From: Nitrososphaerota archaeon
GTDB lineage: Archaea; Thermoproteota; Nitrososphaeria; Nitrososphaerales; UBA57
Reading direction: 5' to 3'
DNA: 24,194 nucleotides
Assembly: GCA_013378385.1 (NCBI GenBank)
Contig: JACAFS010000010.1
Coordinates: forward strand, 1-24,194
Part shown: positions 1 to 7,631 of the stretch, piece by piece
How positions within the stretch are numbered: the stretch's first letter is position 1
Layout: the number at the start of each line of letters is the position of its first letter
Position numbers and translations under genes: made by a program
The notes under the pieces: model-generated
What the model was told of the DNA's origin: nothing
Databases searched by the model: none
What the model saw: the letters and a program-made list of their open reading frames with translations, nothing else

Positions 1-431
1 TCAGTAATGAAAACGTTCAAGTCGTATGTTCCCAAACCAGACCATTTATTTCCGGTTAATTTTACAAAATAATAACCCGATGTAGAAGCGGTAAATTGGA
101 TATTTTCGTCAATTCCATCGCCATTGACAGAAGAAGCAAGGGTAACTTCTACTGAATCAGAACTATCTGGATCAAGTAAATATAGATCTATATCAGTACC
201 AGAAATTAAATCGACATTAAGAGAAAGTGTTTGTCCTGCAATTAGATTAATTTTATAATAATCGGTACCGCTTGTCCAAGTTTCACTAGTTTTTCCAGTT
301 GTTAATTCAACTGCATTAGAAACTACGGTACCTCCAGCTCCATAAACAAACGGGAGTGATATAACAAGACTACTAGAAATTAACAGGAATAACATTAAGA
401 TAGATGAAATTAATTTAATCGAATGTTGCAT
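1..431 (-). CDS. Secreted protein, N-terminal part (signal peptide plus PPC/pre-peptidase-C-terminal-like beta-sandwich domain); the 3' end lies beyond the window
   Basis: The minus-strand frame is open to position 1, with ATG at 431..429. The translation starts MQHSIKLISSILMLFLLISSSLVISLPFVYGAGG (signal-peptide-like). It continues ...TSETWTSGTDYYKINLIAGQTLSLNVDLISGTDIDLYLLDPDSSDSVEVTLASS...SGYYFVKLTGNKWSGLGTYDLNVFIT, which fits the PPC-type pattern (DYY..L.aGq.L...l....D.DLYL.D). It is absent from the supplied ORF track because it is truncated. Confidence 0.6.
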   Translation of the reverse strand, partial: MQHSIKLISSILMLFLLISSSLVISLPFVYGAGGTVVSNAVELTTGKTSETWTSGTDYYKINLIAGQTLSLNVDLISGTDIDLYLLDPDSSDSVEVTLASSVNGDGIDENIQFTASTSGYYFVKLTGNKWSGLGTYDLNVFIT

Positions 432-516
432 ACGAAACTAACATTATTCTACTTAATAAAAACATAACATGATTTGAGAAAATCATTAGGCATTAGATAT
501 GAATAAAAATGAATAG

Positions 517-602
517 TGGACCGGAAGGGATTTGAACCCTCGACCTCCCCCATGCCAAGGGGGTATCCTACCAAACTAGACGATTGGCAATTATACCAGC
601 CC
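517..602 (-). tRNA. tRNA-Ala (anticodon GGC) with an apparent ~12-nt insertion (non-canonical intron?) between the acceptor stem and D stem; no encoded CCA
   Basis: The reverse complement reads GGGCTGG-TA-[TAATTGCCAATC]-GTCT-AGTTTGGTA-GGAT-A-CCCCC-TTGGCAT-GGGGG-AGGTC-GAGGG-TTCAAAT-CCCTT-CCGGTCC-A. It has a 7-bp acceptor stem with the G3:U70 alanine identity pair. The 5-bp anticodon stem carries loop TTGGCAT (anticodon GGC). There is a 5-nt variable loop, a canonical T-arm and discriminator A. At 86 nt it is about 12 nt longer than a standard class I tRNA. Confidence 0.75.
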
Positions 603-677
603 ATCATGATTGTTATGATAACTCGATCCAAAGTTATTAGAGAATTAGATACTTAAGAATATTAGTATAAGAAATAA

Positions 678-1106
678 TTAAAATTTTGATTTTATTGAGG
701 ATTTGATACTAAGAGCGAGACTTTGAAGTTCTTTTTCAGTAAAGGTTTTTCGAGAAGGCCAAGAATCATCAGTAGTATCGTCATTAAATCTAGGAATAAC
801 ATGAATGTGAACATGAAAAATATCTTGACTTGCGGCAATGCCATTAGATTGACTGATATTTAGGCCGTCTGCTTTAACTACTTTCCATACATGTTTAGAG
901 AGCATATTGACCATTTCAAATAATTTAGCGGCATGATCATCTTTCATATCAGTTAAGAATTGATAATGGTGTTTTGGAACGACTAACAAATGTCCACGGT
1001 TAAGAGGATATTTATCCATAAAGGAAATCAAGAAATCATTTTCAAATACAATATTGGCATTTCTATGGCCAGAAATTATTTCACAAAATACGCATTTCTC
1101 AATCAT
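678..1106 (-). CDS. HIT-family (histidine triad) nucleotide hydrolase/transferase
   Basis: 142-aa ORF with the histidine-triad motif HVHIHVIPR, an N-terminal CVFCEI segment and a ...NRGHLLVVPKHH... core typical of HIT/Hint proteins. Confidence 0.9.
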   Translation of the reverse strand: MIEKCVFCEIISGHRNANIVFENDFLISFMDKYPLNRGHLLVVPKHHYQFLTDMKDDHAAKLFEMVNMLSKHVWKVVKADGLNISQSNGIAASQDIFHVHIHVIPRFNDDTTDDSWPSRKTFTEKELQSLALSIKSSIKSKF

Positions 1107-1280
1107 AAGTTTTCACAAGGCAAAGATTCTATTAATTTTTACCTTAGTGTCCGGTATATTTATATCCAATTATAGCGGTTATTGTAAGTGGAGAGTTAAG
1201 ATGAATATAGAAAATTCTATTATGAAGTTTTCTCATATGTAGGTTTGATTGGACAATATCTTAATTTTGTATGAATTATT

Positions 1281-2978
1281 ATGTTAAAAAATATATCTGA
1301 ATTAACTGGATCTGATGCATTAATCAAGGCTTTAGAATATGAAGAAGTAGAAGGAATATTCGGATTACCAGGTGGTGCAAATCTACCAATTTATGATTCA
1401 TTATATGATAGTGATATACGTCACCTGTTAGTCAGACACGAACAGAATGCCGCACATATGGCAGACGGTTACGCTCGCGCTTCAAGAAAACCAGGAGTTT
1501 GTTTTGCGACTTCAGGTCCCGGAGCAACAAACTTGATTACGGGTATTGCTACTGCAATAGCAGATTCTTCACCTATTATTGCAATAACTGGACAAGTAGC
1601 ATCAGATATGATCGGAAAGGATGCATTTCAAGAATGTGATATAATAGGAATTGCAACTCCTGTGACTAAATACACATATCAACCTCTCACATCAGCAGAA
1701 GTTCCACAAGTAGTAAAAAATTCGTTTCATATTGCGACTTCAGGAAGACCTGGTCCGGTACTTATTGACATACCAAAGAATGCACAAACTGAGAAAATGA
1801 AGATGAATTTCCCAACTAAACCTAATATTCGTAAATTGCAACAACTACAAACTGCAGATCTTAAAGCAATAGACAAAGCAGCAGATCTTCTATTGAATGC
1901 AGAAAGACCAATGATAATGACGGGAGGCGGTGTAATCATATCTGGAGCGTTTAAAGAATTACAAGCAGTTGCTGAATTTTTAGTTTCGCCAGTAGTATCA
2001 ACATTCAAAGGAAAAGGTGGTTTTTCAGAAACACATTATTTATCATTAGGTCCAATTGGAATGCACGGTCATGTTGAGGCAAATAAATTAATAATTGAAT
2101 CAGATGTATTGTTAGCTGCAGGAGCACGATTTTCAGATAGATCGGTAGGAAAATGGGATGAATTTGGAAATGAAATGACAATTATTCATGCAGATATAGA
2201 TCCATCTGAAATTGGAAAGAATAAAAATGCAGATATTGGTTTAATTGGAGATATTAAAACTACATTATCATTATTGTTATCTGCAATGGGAAAGAAAGCA
2301 CAAAAAAGACAATCAGAGTATGAATGGATCAACAGAGTAAATGAAATTAAAGATATATGGAGAAGTAAACCTCTTCCAGCGCCAAGAGAAATAACAGGGC
2401 CAAGACTATTAAAGAAAATGAGAGAAATTTTACCCGAAGCATGTTTAGTAACTACTGAAGTAGGTCAACATCAAATGTGGGCATCGTTACACTTTGATGT
2501 TGCAGAACCAGGAACATTTTTCACTTCAACAGGACTGGGAACAATGGGTTGGGGACTACCTGCAGCAGTCGGTGCAAAATTCGCAAGGCCAGACTTGCCA
2601 GTAATTGATATTGCAGGAGATGGAAGTGTACAAATGACTGAATCTGCACTAGCAACCTCAGTTACAGAAAAGTTACCGGTAATTACAGTTATATTTAATA
2701 ATGGAATGTTGGGAATGGTTGCACAATGGCAAAGATTATTCTATGAAAGGAAATATATCGGCGTAGAATTACAAGGAATTCCTGATTACGTAAAGATAGC
2801 AGAAGCATATGGAGCACAAGGTATAAGAGCTCAATCAATGAATGAATTTGAAAAAGCATTAAAGAATGCATTAAATAGTGATGTAGCGACAGTAATTGAT
2901 GTTCCAATCAATCCTGACGAAGATGTATTTCCATTTGTTGTGCCAAATACAGCGCTAAAAGACATGGTAATCGCATAA
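1281..2978 (+). CDS. ilvB: Acetolactate synthase (acetohydroxyacid synthase) large catalytic subunit, TPP-dependent
   Basis: 565 aa. The N-terminal region reads GLPGGANLPIYDSL...VRHEQNAAHMADGYARASRKPGVCFATSGPGATNLITGIATAIADSSPIIAITGQV. The C-terminal TPP-binding motif is IAGDGSVQMTESALATSV...VIFNNGMLGMV. Length and motif order match IlvB/AHAS. No ilvN-like small subunit gene is adjacent. Confidence 0.88.
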   Translation: MLKNISELTGSDALIKALEYEEVEGIFGLPGGANLPIYDSLYDSDIRHLLVRHEQNAAHMADGYARASRKPGVCFATSGPGATNLITGIATAIADSSPIIAITGQVASDMIGKDAFQECDIIGIATPVTKYTYQPLTSAEVPQVVKNSFHIATSGRPGPVLIDIPKNAQTEKMKMNFPTKPNIRKLQQLQTADLKAIDKAADLLLNAERPMIMTGGGVIISGAFKELQAVAEFLVSPVVSTFKGKGGFSETHYLSLGPIGMHGHVEANKLIIESDVLLAAGARFSDRSVGKWDEFGNEMTIIHADIDPSEIGKNKNADIGLIGDIKTTLSLLLSAMGKKAQKRQSEYEWINRVNEIKDIWRSKPLPAPREITGPRLLKKMREILPEACLVTTEVGQHQMWASLHFDVAEPGTFFTSTGLGTMGWGLPAAVGAKFARPDLPVIDIAGDGSVQMTESALATSVTEKLPVITVIFNNGMLGMVAQWQRLFYERKYIGVELQGIPDYVKIAEAYGAQGIRAQSMNEFEKALKNALNSDVATVIDVPINPDEDVFPFVVPNTALKDMVIA

Positions 2979-3063
2979 TCAATAAAATAAGTTAGACAAA
3001 TGCCAAAGTTTTAGTGAGAGAAAGTAAATGATTTATTAATAGTTAGACGAAAAAATTTTAAGA

Positions 3064-3969
3064 TTGCCACGTAGAGCTTTAAGTAACAATCAAATAAAAC
3101 AGAAATTACAAAAACCTGACTGGATTAAAGTAAATTTTGTACAAGGAAAAAATTACAAGAAAGTTAAAGAAGCGTCCAAGGCATTAAATCTAAATACAGT
3201 TTGCCAGGAAGCTAATTGTCCGAATATTTACGAATGTTGGGATGGGGGAACGGCAACATTTATGTTATTAGGAGATATTTGTACAAGAGGATGTAGATTT
3301 TGTCATGTTAAATCAGGTAATCCAAAAGGAGTTGTAGATATTTTTGAACCTGAGAATACAGCAGATGCAGTAAAAGAATTAGAATTAGAGTATGTGGTAT
3401 TAACTTCAGTCGATCGAGATGATTTGAGTGATGGAGGTTCGACACATTTCGCAGAAACTGTAAATCAGATATACAAAAAGAATGAAAATACATTAATCGA
3501 AGTTTTAATACCAGATTTCTCAGGGAATTTGGATAACTTATCGATTGTTGCTAAGGCAAAACCAACAGTAATCGCTCATAATATTGAAACGACAAGAACA
3601 TTAACGCCTTTAGTAAGAGATGCCAGAGCGTCATATGATAGATCTTTAGAAGTTTTAAGAAATGTGAAAGAATTAGATTCTAATATCTATACAAAATCTT
3701 CAATAATGTTAGGATTTGGAGAGAAGTATTCAGAAGTGATAGAGGCAATGAGGGATTTAAGAAAAGCAGATGTAGATATATTAACAATTGGGCAGTATCT
3801 GCAGCCATCAGATTTTCATATTAGCATTAAACAATATGTTCATCCAGATGAATTTATTAAGTTAAAAGATGTTGCTGAAGACATGGGATTCAAGTATGTT
3901 GTATCTGGACCGTTAGTTAGAAGTTCATATAAAGCTGGAGAATACTTTGTAAAAAACCTGGTGAAATAG
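3064..3969 (+). CDS. lipA: Lipoyl synthase (radical SAM)
   Basis: 301 aa. It has the N-terminal auxiliary cluster motif CQEANCPNIYEC and the radical-SAM motif CTRGCRFC. KPDWIKV lies near the N-terminus, as in LipA. The TTG start at 3064 is the only plausible start that keeps the conserved N-terminus. Confidence 0.9.
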   Translation: MPRRALSNNQIKQKLQKPDWIKVNFVQGKNYKKVKEASKALNLNTVCQEANCPNIYECWDGGTATFMLLGDICTRGCRFCHVKSGNPKGVVDIFEPENTADAVKELELEYVVLTSVDRDDLSDGGSTHFAETVNQIYKKNENTLIEVLIPDFSGNLDNLSIVAKAKPTVIAHNIETTRTLTPLVRDARASYDRSLEVLRNVKELDSNIYTKSSIMLGFGEKYSEVIEAMRDLRKADVDILTIGQYLQPSDFHISIKQYVHPDEFIKLKDVAEDMGFKYVVSGPLVRSSYKAGEYFVKNLVK

Positions 3970-3972
3970 AAT

Positions 3973-4947
3973 ATGGAAATGACATTAAATCAAGCAGTTA
4001 AAAGTGCGTTAGATAATGAGATGGAAAAGAATGACAAGATAGTACTCATTGGAGAAGACATTGGTAAGAATGGAGGAGTTTTTAGAACAACTGAAGGATT
4101 GTATGATAAATATGGACCTAAACGAGTAATAGATACGCCATTAAATGAATCAGGAATTGTAGGTACTGCAATAGGCATGTCGCTGTATGGACTAAAACCT
4201 GTCGTTGAGATACAGTTTATGGATTTTATATTTCCTGCATTTGATCAAATTGTGTCCGACTTGGCTAAATTTAGATATAGAACAGGCGGTGCATACACAT
4301 GTCCCATGGTAATAAGAGCCCCATATGGAGGAGGAATAAAGGGTGCATCTTATCATTCTCAAAGTGGAGAAACTCATTTTGTTCATACGTCAGGACTAAA
4401 GGTTGTTGTGCCAGCAACTCCCTATGAAACGAAGGGACTATTAATTTCAGCAATCAGAGATGATGATCCAGTAATATTCTTTGAACCAAAGAGACTGTAT
4501 AGAGCTCTAAAAGAAGACGTTCCTGAAGAAGCATATACAATTCCAATTGGCGAGGCAAGAATAATGGAAGAAGGAAGTGATTTGACTTTAATTAGCTATG
4601 GTCCGATGATTCAAACTGCATTAGAAGCAATAGAAATAGTCAGAAAAGAAGGAACAAGTGTAGAATTGATTGATTTAAGAACTTTATCGCCACTAGATTC
4701 AGAAACTATAATTAAATCAGTAAAAAAGACTGGAAGAGTTGTAATTGCTCATGAAGCACCAAAAACACTAGGAATGAGTGCAGAGATTGCGGCACTTATT
4801 GCTGAGAATTGTTTAGAGTATTTAGAAGCTCCAATACAAAGAGCTACAGGATTGGACACTCCATTTCCTTATTCGTTGGAAAAAGAATATCTTCCTGATG
4901 CAAAATTTGTAAGTAAAAAAATAAAACAAACAGTAGAATATTCATAG
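3973..4947 (+). CDS. 2-oxoacid dehydrogenase complex E1 component, beta subunit (transketolase-like pyrimidine-binding and C-terminal domains)
   Basis: 324 aa. MTLNQAVKSALDNEMEKNDKIVLIGEDIGKNGGVFRTTEGLYDKYGPKRVIDTPLNESGIVG is a classic E1-beta N-terminus. The C-terminal half reads ...VELIDLRTLSPLDSETI...TGRVVIAHEAPKT. It starts 4 nt after the lipA stop. Confidence 0.9.
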   Translation: MEMTLNQAVKSALDNEMEKNDKIVLIGEDIGKNGGVFRTTEGLYDKYGPKRVIDTPLNESGIVGTAIGMSLYGLKPVVEIQFMDFIFPAFDQIVSDLAKFRYRTGGAYTCPMVIRAPYGGGIKGASYHSQSGETHFVHTSGLKVVVPATPYETKGLLISAIRDDDPVIFFEPKRLYRALKEDVPEEAYTIPIGEARIMEEGSDLTLISYGPMIQTALEAIEIVRKEGTSVELIDLRTLSPLDSETIIKSVKKTGRVVIAHEAPKTLGMSAEIAALIAENCLEYLEAPIQRATGLDTPFPYSLEKEYLPDAKFVSKKIKQTVEYS

Positions 4948-6119
4948 TGATTAGAATGGTATATAATTTTAAATTAGCAGATATTGGAGAGGGAATTGTA
5001 GAAGGAGAAGTTAGCAAATGGTATGTTAAAGTGGGAGACGTAGTAAAAGAGAATCAACCGCTTGTAGAAATAATTACAGAAAAAGTAACTGTAGAACTTC
5101 CATCGCCTGCAGATGGAACGATAACAAAGATTGGACCTGATGCAGGAAAGATTGTAAAAGTAGGTGAAGTAATAGTAGTAATTGATGATGGAAAAGAAGA
5201 CAGAGATATTGAAGAGAGTTCAAAAGATGTAATCGAGGTTGAGAAGGAGGATATAATTATAGAGAAGAATAAGAGTAAGAAAATCATTGCAACACCTGCT
5301 GTAAAACGTTTAGCAAGAGAGATGGGAGTAGATATTAACAGAGTTGCAGGAACTGAAAAAGAGGGTAGAATAACTGAAAAAGATGTTAAATTATACTCAA
5401 AATTAGAAGTACAAAGCAATGAAGAGAGAATAGCATTCAGAGGAACAAGAAGAACTATAGCAGAAAGATTATCAAAATCTTCAGATAGAGTAGTTCAGGC
5501 ATGGATAATGGAAGAGATTGATATGACCAATGTGACTGAATTAAAAAACAAATTAAAAGAAACGTCCACTGAGGATATAAAATTGACATATATGCCATTC
5601 TTTGTTAAAGCAGTAATTAGATCGCTGAAATCGAGTCCAAGAATTAATGCGTCATTAGATGAAGAGAAAGAAGACATAGTAATAAAAAAGGACTACAACA
5701 TAGGAATTGCAACAGACACAGAACAAGGTTTACTAGTGCCAGTAATAAAAAGAGCCCAAGACAAAGATATTACTACAATAGCTAAAGAGATAGAAAAGTT
5801 ATCAAGAGAAGCGAAAAAAGGGGAATTGGAATTAGAAGATACTCAAGGTGGAACATTTACTATTACAAACATCGGTGCAATTGGAGGAATATCATCTATT
5901 CCGATTGTAAATTACCCCGAAGTAGCAATATTGGCAATAAATAAGATTATGAAAAAAGTAGTATTATGGGAAGGAGAAATAGTTGCAAGAGATAGAGTTT
6001 ACCTGTCATTGTCATTCGATCACAGAGTATTAGATGGCGCAGATGTGGCACGATTTTTAAATTCAATTAGAAAATGTTTAGAAGAACCAGAGAGTCTGAT
6101 GAAGGATGAACAGACTTAA
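4947..6119 (+). CDS. 2-oxoacid dehydrogenase complex E2, dihydrolipoamide acyltransferase (lipoyl domain + peripheral-subunit-binding domain + catalytic domain)
   Basis: The lipoyl domain reads FKLADIGEGIVEGEV...LVEIITEKVTVELPSPADG, with the lipoyl-lysine in TEKV. The PSBD reads ATPAVKRLAREMGVDINRVAGTEKEGRITEKDV. The catalytic motif is SLSFDHRVLDGADVARF. The GTG at 4947 overlaps the E1-beta stop by 1 nt. ATG at 4956 (MVYNFKL...) is an equally plausible start. Confidence 0.9.
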   Translation: MIRMVYNFKLADIGEGIVEGEVSKWYVKVGDVVKENQPLVEIITEKVTVELPSPADGTITKIGPDAGKIVKVGEVIVVIDDGKEDRDIEESSKDVIEVEKEDIIIEKNKSKKIIATPAVKRLAREMGVDINRVAGTEKEGRITEKDVKLYSKLEVQSNEERIAFRGTRRTIAERLSKSSDRVVQAWIMEEIDMTNVTELKNKLKETSTEDIKLTYMPFFVKAVIRSLKSSPRINASLDEEKEDIVIKKDYNIGIATDTEQGLLVPVIKRAQDKDITTIAKEIEKLSREAKKGELELEDTQGGTFTITNIGAIGGISSIPIVNYPEVAILAINKIMKKVVLWEGEIVARDRVYLSLSFDHRVLDGADVARFLNSIRKCLEEPESLMKDEQT

Positions 6120-6759
6120 TATAATAGACTTAGGATTAACTGAATATCAACGTGCGTTAGATATACAAAAAACATTAGTTAAAAAAAGACTAGATGATTC
6201 AGTCACAGATACATTATTGTTACTTGAACATCCACATGTAATAACATTAGGAAGACAAACAAAACCCGGTGATGTTTTAGATAATTCAATGCCAATTGTC
6301 GAGATAGATAGAGGAGGAAGTGCAACTTATCACGGACCAGGTCAGCTAATCGGTTATGTAATAATTGACCTAAGAAGAAAAGGGATTTCAGTACCTACTC
6401 TCATTACGAAAATTCATGAGAGTCTAATCAGAACATTAAGTGAATTAGACATTAAAGCGGAAAGAAAAAGAAAGAAACCAGGAATTTGGATTGAACAGAA
6501 AAAGATAGCGTCAATTGGATTATCAGTAAGAAATTGGATAACATATCACGGATTTAGCCTTAATGTTGACACTGATTTAGATAAATTTAAGATTATAAGA
6601 CCATGTGGTTTTGATAGTCAGATTATGACTTCAATAAATTACAACAAGAAAAAGAAACATTCTATGGAGATAATTAAATCAAGCATAATAAGAAATTTTG
6701 TAGATGTTTTTGAATATTATAAAATTGAAAAGAAATTAAAGGCAAGCTATAGTAATTAA
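6106..6759 (+). CDS. lipB: Octanoyltransferase (lipoyl(octanoyl) transferase LipB)
   Basis: 217 aa with LLLEHPHVITLGR, the RGGSATYHGPGQL motif, KIASIG (catalytic Lys region) and PCG. It overlaps the E2 3' end by 14 nt. Confidence 0.85.
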   Translation: MNRLNIIDLGLTEYQRALDIQKTLVKKRLDDSVTDTLLLLEHPHVITLGRQTKPGDVLDNSMPIVEIDRGGSATYHGPGQLIGYVIIDLRRKGISVPTLITKIHESLIRTLSELDIKAERKRKKPGIWIEQKKIASIGLSVRNWITYHGFSLNVDTDLDKFKIIRPCGFDSQIMTSINYNKKKKHSMEIIKSSIIRNFVDVFEYYKIEKKLKASYSN

Positions 6760-7631
6760 GTGAATTCTTCTAATAACTGCTTAGCAATACGTTTACCTGT
6801 ATCGAGTGGTTGATTTACCAATGGGCCGTCTTGTAAAGCAGGTTCGTCACCATCATAAGTAGGTTTGTCAGCTTTATAGAAAACACCAATAGGAATCTTT
6901 GATTCCCATTCATAAGATTTTGATATAGCTTGTTTTATATCATTAGTATCATGTTCCTCATCCTCTAATGTATAAACACGATCACGAAACCATTGATAAG
7001 TTTGGATTTTATTATAAGTAACACAAGGACTCATGACATCAACCAATGAGAATCCTTTGTGAGAAAGTGCATTTTCTATTGTAGTAGACAAGTGATCTGC
7101 ATTACCAGAAAAACCTCTTGATACATATGTAGCACCAGAAATAAGAGCAAGGGCAATAGGATTAACAGGTACTTCTAATAAACCAGAAGGAGTGGATTTG
7201 GTAAGCATGCCTCTGTCACTAGTAGGTGAAGCTTGGCCAGTAGTTAAACCGTAAATTTGATTATTCATAACGATATATGTAATGTTGATATTTCGACGCA
7301 TCGAATGAATAAAATGACCCAATCCAATTCCATATCCATCGCCATCGCCGCCAGTTGCAATAACAGTCAAGTCGGTATTAGCAAGTTTAATACCATTAGC
7401 GATAGGAAGAGAACGACCATGAAGTCCATGGAAGGCATAAGCATTTACAAAGCCTGGAAGATTTGAAGAACATCCGATGCCAGACGATATAACAACATTT
7501 TCTGATTTAATTTTTAGACGAGCAAGAGCAGTATGTACACCACGTAAAACAGCAAAATCTCCGCAGCCTGGGCACCAAGTAGGAGTAGTTTCAGTTTTAT
7601 ACGCTTCAAGTTTAACAGGTTCGACTACCAA
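6756..7631 (-). CDS. 2-oxoacid:ferredoxin oxidoreductase, beta subunit (TPP-binding)
   Basis: 291 aa with WCPGCGDF near the N-terminus and the GGDGDGYGIGLGHF TPP/Mg motif. The TTG start lies immediately after the stop of the alpha subunit. Confidence 0.9.
   Translation of the reverse strand: MVVEPVKLEAYKTETTPTWCPGCGDFAVLRGVHTALARLKIKSENVVISSGIGCSSNLPGFVNAYAFHGLHGRSLPIANGIKLANTDLTVIATGGDGDGYGIGLGHFIHSMRRNINITYIVMNNQIYGLTTGQASPTSDRGMLTKSTPSGLLEVPVNPIALALISGATYVSRGFSGNADHLSTTIENALSHKGFSLVDVMSPCVTYNKIQTYQWFRDRVYTLEDEEHDTNDIKQAISKSYEWESKIPIGVFYKADKPTYDGDEPALQDGPLVNQPLDTGKRIAKQLLEEFT

Noticed and set aside
449-631. 60-aa minus-strand ORF in the supplied track
   Set aside because: It is superimposed on the tRNA-Ala gene (517-602). 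Its 'GSNPFRS' stretch is simply the translated T-arm. It has no coding signal of its own.
990-1242. Two 61-62-aa plus-strand ORFs in or near the HIT gene 5' end and the HIT/ilvB divergent spacer
   Set aside because: They overlap the HIT coding region in antisense and an AT-rich promoter region. They are short, with no motif or plausible start context.
5054-5419. 121-aa minus-strand ORF inside the E2 gene
   Set aside because: It is antisense to the Glu/Lys-rich E2 linker region. It gives a Ser/Phe/Ile low-complexity peptide, and the E2 frame carries the lipoyl, PSBD and catalytic motifs.
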